A stretch of 64,000 nt of DNA, taken from NCBI RefSeq assembly GCF_964204645.1, contig NC_134033.1:2128131-2192130 (forward strand). The letters are read 5' to 3'. Under the pieces are notes generated by a model. That model made no database searches. It saw only the letters and a program-made list of their open reading frames with translations, and had not been told where the DNA came from. The stretch comes from Tubulanus polymorphus (Eukaryota; Animalia; Nemertea). The translations under genes were made by a program, and so were the position numbers. Of this stretch, positions 51,584-64,000 are shown one piece after another. Position 1 is the first letter of the stretch. Each line of letters starts with the position of its first letter.

Positions 51584-52758
51584 TTAACTTCATTTGACCT
51601 GGAGTTAAAGCTGGTTACTAAGCCTTGGTCGAGTTTTGCAAAAAAGTTTTACTCCATATACTTGATTAATTATATAATGTTTGGATTGAGTAACTGTTAT
51701 GGATAAAAAGGTAATGTTGAGGTATTGAGTCAATCATTTAAAGGGTTCCGTCTGCACTGGTGTTGTATGCATGTATGTGTCAATTCAATTACGGTGGCCT
51801 GTAACGGGTTTTTAGGGGTTTCTTCAATGTCGGGAACGGGATTAGGTCGCAGACTAATTTATTATAGGGCCAGAGTTATTGTTCGATTTAATGTCATCAG
51901 TATTTCAACTTAAATTTGAAGTATTAAATTTATTATATGCAGACCCAGTACCACAGTTGTGGCGCCTGTTGATTTTGACTCTAACATTGATTATTGGGAA
52001 ATGAACCACGGGTAGCTTGAACTGTAAACTAAAATCAATACAGGGGTGGATTCAAGGGGAGGGTGCAGTGGATGTTTAGGGGTAGGTCACCTCTTCAGGT
52101 CATTAGGGGCACCCTGATGTTTAGTGCAGTAGTTTAAATTGATAATTAAAAGCTTAGATTCATAAGCTTGTTCTCTATATTTCCGCAGAAATGAGCGAAT
52201 GGTTTCCAACTAGCTTTCCTCGATGCCCTTTTAATTATATATGCCCAATTTCGGGGGTGCATCTGACCCTAGATCCGCCCCTGGGTCACAACTGTGGAAC
52301 AGAAAATCTCGAGTAACCGGTCGTCAGTTTTACAAAGCCATCTGAAACCGCAGAACTAGTCAAAAAGCAGTTCAAATATTATTTGATCCTCCTCTAGACC
52401 CCAGGAATCCATTCCTCTATCAGAAGCATATGAAAAAGCATAAAAACGTTCTTTTTGCTCCACACTTTCATGAATATGCAAATCAAATATTTTAACAAAC
52501 CGAGCTGTGATCATTTGTAATATGTGTCAAAAATAAAAGTTATATTTTCCTTAAACATCGATTGTTTTTTCTCATATCAGTGGAGAGTGATAATAAGCAG
52601 ATGCTAGTCCTCTGGGGCCAGTTGCATAGTCATGGCTTAGACTTAAGACCAGTCTAAGACCAACTTAGTTCTATAGCTAATCTAACAACTTAAGACCAGT
52701 CTTAAGATTTAAGACCACTTTCGGACTTAAGTCACGACTGTGCAACTGGCCTCTGGTT

Positions 52759-53250
52759 GTTTACAGCATGCGGGCAACAGTTCAAAGGCTGTGGTCCAGT
52801 TAGTGAGGTTAAATGAACAATCCAATACGGTTCGTCTTAGGAAAACAAGATCACTGCTAATTGACAAGCGGGTTCGAGTCCTGTTGGCTGCTTACAGCAT
52901 GCGGGCAACTATTATAAACCGCTGTGTTCCCCTTGTAAGGTTAAATGAATAATCCACAGTTAGTCTTAGGAAAACAAGATTACTGCTAATTGACAAGCGG
53001 GTTCGAGTCCTGTCGGCTGCTTACAGCTTGCGGGCAACACTTCTAAAAGGCTGTGTTCCCATTATAAGGTTAAATGAATAATCTAATAGGGTTAGTCTTA
53101 GGAAAACAAGATCATTGCTGAGTGAGGCATGCAAGAATCCTGTGCAACGCTTCAAGGCTACCGTCCAGTCCTTTAAATGAACAATCCAAAGGGTTAGTTT
53201 AGGGGAAACAAGATCATTGCTGATTGACCGGCGGGTTCTAGTCCTGGGCT
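52759..53250 (+). repeat. Degenerate ~128-bp tandem repeat x4 carrying a B-box-like GGTTCGAGTCC
   Basis: ttacagcatgcgggcaac...gtcttaggaaaacaagat...gcgggttcgagtcctg units; a further partial copy at ~53415. Confidence 0.8.
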
Positions 53251-53959
53251 AAGTTCCATAGATGTGGAAGGAAGATAATCCGTGGAAACATTTTGAAATT
53301 CATCAGTTATAACCATGGTTTCTCATTGTAACTATGGTGGTTGTCGCCCAGATTTAGGATTTGCCCCCAGGGATAACTTTGATACTCGGTCTATAAAACC
53401 GGGCCCTGGTGACTGCTTACAGCGTGCGGGTAACACTTCAAAAGCCGAGGTTTCGTCGCGAGATTAAACGAACAAATATGGTTAGTCTTGGGGAACCAAA
53501 GATCTGAATCACAAACCAAAAACGAACGCTTAATTTACCGACAATATTATACAAATTATTTTATTTCGTATAAATAAACATTCAAATGAAGTTGATAGTC
53601 ATATTTACAATGAAGAAATGCATATTAGCTCTTTCAGTGCGATGTCAAATTCAATGATGTCGTTTGCCTTTACGCCGCGGTGCGGTGTATTTAGTGTAAG
53701 CATGATCATGATTTTGAAATGAGTAATGTAATGTACAGTGTAGATAGGCAGCGGCCTTTTTTAATTCAGCAGAAATGAGAAACAAGGTATCATTTTTAGC
53801 CTAAACTTAACTTTTAGCCTTTGAGGCTTTTGGCCTTACAGACATAACTGCTGTACAAATAATTTTATTCCGTACAAATAACCTTTCGAGTTTATTCTCA
53901 TTTTTAAAACGGAAGAAATGCATTTCAACGAGCCGCAAAATAAATCGATTCACGAATTA

Positions 53960-60237
<6,278 letters not shown>

Positions 60238-60399
60238 CAATACAGCCTATAATTTTTGGAATTTTAACCGATAGAAATGTCGACTAAACTGATCTCGATT
60301 CAATCACAAAAACAGTCTCGATACTTCAAACGACATCGAGGGTCGACGAGCTATTCAAAAATTGCGAAAATGCTCAAATTTTGAAATTTTTGTTTTACA

Positions 60400-60830
60400 T
60401 GGACGCGGCCATCTTTAGGTCACGTGACTCGTAGTTCGGCTTTTTGTCGCCGAAGGGGTACTCGACCCGATCGAGGGACAATTGGGCAAAAATTCCACCT
60501 TGAGGGATTCTTTTTTGAGTATCGTAAATAAATTTGGGAGGGAGGCCACGTGCTAATCACTATCTATTCTAAAAGTGAAAGGCTCGGTGCCCGATGGATA
60601 GAAAAGAACTGGATGGGTTCGAATCCCAGAACCGTGTTTATTTTATCCATCGACTTTCACTCGAAAATACGCAAAATACAGATAATACGAGAGCTTTGTA
60701 ATGTTTTTATTCCATTCCGATCGAATACAACGTTTTAATTCGATAGAAAGTTGTAAATAACATTGGTGGAATGAATTTGCTGTCAAAAATCGATGGTTGC
60801 TACATAAACAACATGGCCGCCGTCTTACTG
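60400..60830. promoter_or_regulatory. Bidirectional promoter, TAF6/CAP-Gly gene
   Basis: Oppositely oriented YY1-like sites (GCGGCCATCTT ~60405; AACATGGCCGCC ~60810) and palindromic E-box GTCACGTGAC 60419-60428. Confidence 0.6.
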
Positions 60831-61196
60831 AAATCGACTTCAGTCCACTGAAGATTTAATTCGCCCAGTTTTATAGGAGGTATGTGTCTTCTTAATGTGA
60901 AGCATCCAGAAATAAGGAAATTTGAATGAAAGCAATACAATTTTAATTATTTCTGTTTTTTTCTTCTAGTTTGTAGATAGAAGGCCCAAAAGCCAAGCCA
61001 ACTCCAAGTTCGTTGCACAGACTGACATGACAGACAGATTTAATTTGTCCTCCAAAAACAAGAACTAAGAGTAGGAAGAGAGAAGAAGGCAAAAGAGCAA
61101 GGCAAAAAGAAGAAAAGGCTGAATTAAAGCCAAAACACATTCACAACATTGAGATAATATTCAATCTGCCTCTGTCTAAAAGGCGTAGTTCAGTTG

Positions 61197-63883
61197 ATGA
61201 TGGTTCTGTTTATAAATGTGAATATTGGACAGCGAGTTGAAGTGAAATTGCCGTCGGGGATTTTCAAAGGGACCGTTCGCTTCAAAGGTTCGATCGTTAC
61301 CAAACCGGGAGAATGGGTCGGAATCGAACTCGATCAACCAGGTATTCATTCCAAACAACCCGTGTATCGTCTGCTATTGATCTATGCATGTTTAAATTGA
61401 GCTCGAACCAGTCTGGACCCTGCACCCCTACTAGACATTCAACGCTTAATCAACATTCTTCCAATTTGTGATCGTCCACACTTCACATGTGTTCAGTGCT
61501 TCATCTGAGACATTTCTAATTGAAAATGAACTACAAACACCAGACATTAGACATTTTATCAGCTCACTCTCAAAAACTGATCGTCCACACTTCACATGTG
61601 TTCAGTGCTTCATCTGAGACATTTCTAATTGAAAATGAACTACAAACACCAGATATTCAACATTTTATCTGCACACTTTCAAAAACTGATCGTCCACACT
61701 TCACATGTGTTCAGAACTTCACCTGAGACATTTCTAATTGAAAATGAACTACAAACGCAAGACATTAGACATTTAATCAGCACACTTTCTAAAAATGTGT
61801 TCAGTGCTTCACCTGAGACATTTTTAATTGAAAATGAACTACAAACACCAGATATTAGACATTTTATCAGCACACTTTCAAAAACTGATCGTCCACACTT
61901 CACATGTGTTCAGAACTTCACCTGAGACATTTCTAATTGAAAATGAACTACAAACACAAGACATTAGACATTTAATCAGCACACTTTCTAAAAATGTGTT
62001 CAGTGCTTCACCTGAGACATTTTTAATTGAAAATGAAATACAAACACCAGATATTAGACATTTTATCAGCAAACTTTCACAAACTGATCGTCCACACTTC
62101 ACATGTGTTCAGAACTTCACCTGAGACATTTTTATTGAAAATGAACTACAAACACCAGATATTAGACATTTAATCAGCACACTTTCTAAAAATGTGTTCA
62201 GTGCTTCACCTGAGACATTTTTAATTGAAAATGAACTACAAACACCAGATATTAGACATTTTATCAGCAAACTTTCACAAACTGATCGTCCACACTTCAC
62301 ATGTGTTCACTTCTTCACCTGAGACATTTCTAATTGAAAATGAACACTTTCAAAAAGAGAAGTTTGTATTTTGCGCAAGTGAATGTCTATAAAGGGGTTC
62401 TAGATTGATAACTCTGTATAAACACGCTTTCTGTCAGTAAATGATCATAATTTAATATCGTGAGGTTATTATCTATTTTAGTTGGTACTCACAACGGTTG
62501 TTATATCGGTCGCCGGTATTTCCAGTGTCCAGACAGACACGGAGTATTCGTATCGGCGAATCAAGTTCGATTCATTCGTCTCAAGCGAAGGTAACTAAAT
62601 CTTTACGAAGACATCGATTCACAGAATAATACCTAGCAGGGGCCGGTTCCATAGACAGGGCTTAGACTTAAGACCGGTCTAAGACGAACTAAGTTCTATA
62701 GCCAATCTAACAACTTAAGACCAGTCTAAGACAAACTTAGTTCTATAACCAATCTAACAACTTATGACCAGTCTAAGATCATTTTAGTTCTATAGCCAAT
62801 CTAACAACTAAAGACCAGTCTTAAACCGGCCCCTGAACAGGGATGAGATGGTTGTGAATAGTGCCAAAAGTTCTGCAAAGTAAATTTTTGTGTTAAGAAT
62901 GTGAAAATCTTTGGAAAAATCTTTTCATTTCAAATTGATCCCTTGATATTTACCTGACCTTGACAAAATAGTCCATGGATTAGAAATATAAATCATGAGA
63001 TATCCAAATAGGGTTCTTACAGATCAGGGAATCCTAAATTCCCTGATATTTCCCTGATGCTTGACCAAAACTTGCCTGATTAAATTATAAGATATCCTCA
63101 GTGAGGGCTGTTTCTTATCAAGAGGTTCCTTGTGTCACTCGTCACCAGCAAGAACAACAAGACACCAAAAATTCAAATTCCCTGATTAAATTATAAGATG
63201 TCCTCAGTGAGGGCTGTTTCTTATCAAGAGGTTCCTTGTGTCACTCGTCACCAGCAAGAACAACAAGACACCAAAAATTCAAATTCCCTGATTAAATTAT
63301 AAGATGTCCTCAGTGAGGGCTGTTTCTTATCAAGAGGTTCCTTGTGTCACTCGTCACCAGCAAGAACAACAAGACACCAAAAATTCAAATTCCCTGATTA
63401 AATTATAAGATATCCTCAGTGAGGGCTGTTTCTTATCAAGAGGTTCCTTGTGTCACTCGTCACCAGCAAGAACAACAAGACACCAAAAATTCAAATTCCC
63501 TGATTAAATTATAAGATATCCTCAGTGAGGGCTGTTTCTTATCAAGAGGTTCCTTGTGTCACTCTTCATCAGCAAAAGTTTAAATTAAAATCTATCTATT
63601 CAAGAAAGGATCTAATATTCCCTGCAGGGAAAATAAATCCGGAATCTGGTAATTACTGGTAATTATTTCAATTTTACAGACTTTTCAATAGTTACCGAAG
63701 TGTCAATCAATCAACAGTTGATTCAACGTTGTTCAATAGTATAAAAGGTAAGTGTTCGCCCGAAATTTTTAGCGGAATTAAAAAATTAACTACTTTAATT
63801 ACAAATGAACTTTTTTTAATAAGATGAAGCGATGCAAAACGCTGAACGAAATCGAAAGTCGAAATCAACTGAAGATTTATCCG
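61197..63883 (+). CDS. N-terminal CAP-Gly domain protein (3'-partial)
   Basis: Exons 61197-61341 (IGQRVEV..GTVRFKG..GEWVGIELDQP), 62482-62590 (GTHNG..YFQCPDRHGVFV), 63680-63747, 63824-63883; continues beyond the window. Confidence 0.85.
61468..62345. repeat. 110/89-bp higher-order tandem repeat
   Basis: tgatcgtccacacttcacatgtgttcag..gagacatttctaattgaaaatgaactacaaac units; reverse copies at 33455-33645 in an NME7 intron. Confidence 0.95.
63075..63570. repeat. 112-bp tandem repeat x~4.5
   Basis: cctgattaaattataagatatcctcagtgagggctgtttcttatcaagagg.. units; reverse copies at ~34470-34710 and ~1085-1200. Confidence 0.95.
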
Positions 63884-64000
63884 GTGAGTACGAAAACTCC
63901 ATTGCCGCAGCAGCCTTTGTGGGTCCTCGTTCTCGGATACTTTCCGGCGGAATAGGGAGATCGTATTCTGGTCAAAACGAAACGCACCAGAAGAGAATCC

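Overview
Intron-rich, gene-dense eukaryotic DNA, most likely from an invertebrate metazoan (GT-AG introns, CpG-rich exons, AT-rich introns full of MITEs and minisatellites; the species cannot be fixed from sequence alone). Eight spliced genes were reconstructed by hand. In order: a 5'-partial RB1-type retinoblastoma gene (+); an unnamed ~2120-aa secreted mosaic protein with signal peptide, 8 EGF-like repeats, an acidic/mucin stalk, LamG/pentraxin-like, vWA and Cys-rich tail (+); PIN4 (-) head-to-head with BAP18/C17orf49 (+); NME7 (-) head-to-head with BLZF1/golgin-45 (+); and TAF6 (-) head-to-head with a 3'-partial CAP-Gly gene (+). The most notable signal is a candidate alternative coding exon inside the large NME7 intron. 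It encodes a textbook mitochondrial presequence that splices in frame onto NME7 and would replace half of the DM10 domain. Other notable signals: the NME7-BLZF1 divergent pair is also seen in human, and its promoter holds an X-box, four phased CCAAT boxes and a perfect 93-bp palindrome; a 2.8-kb satellite appears to derive from a transposon end; piggyBac-like and Harbinger-like MITE families are present; CTCF-consensus sites are frequent. No CRISPR array, rRNA or intact tRNA was found. All gene models are manual predictions without transcript evidence.
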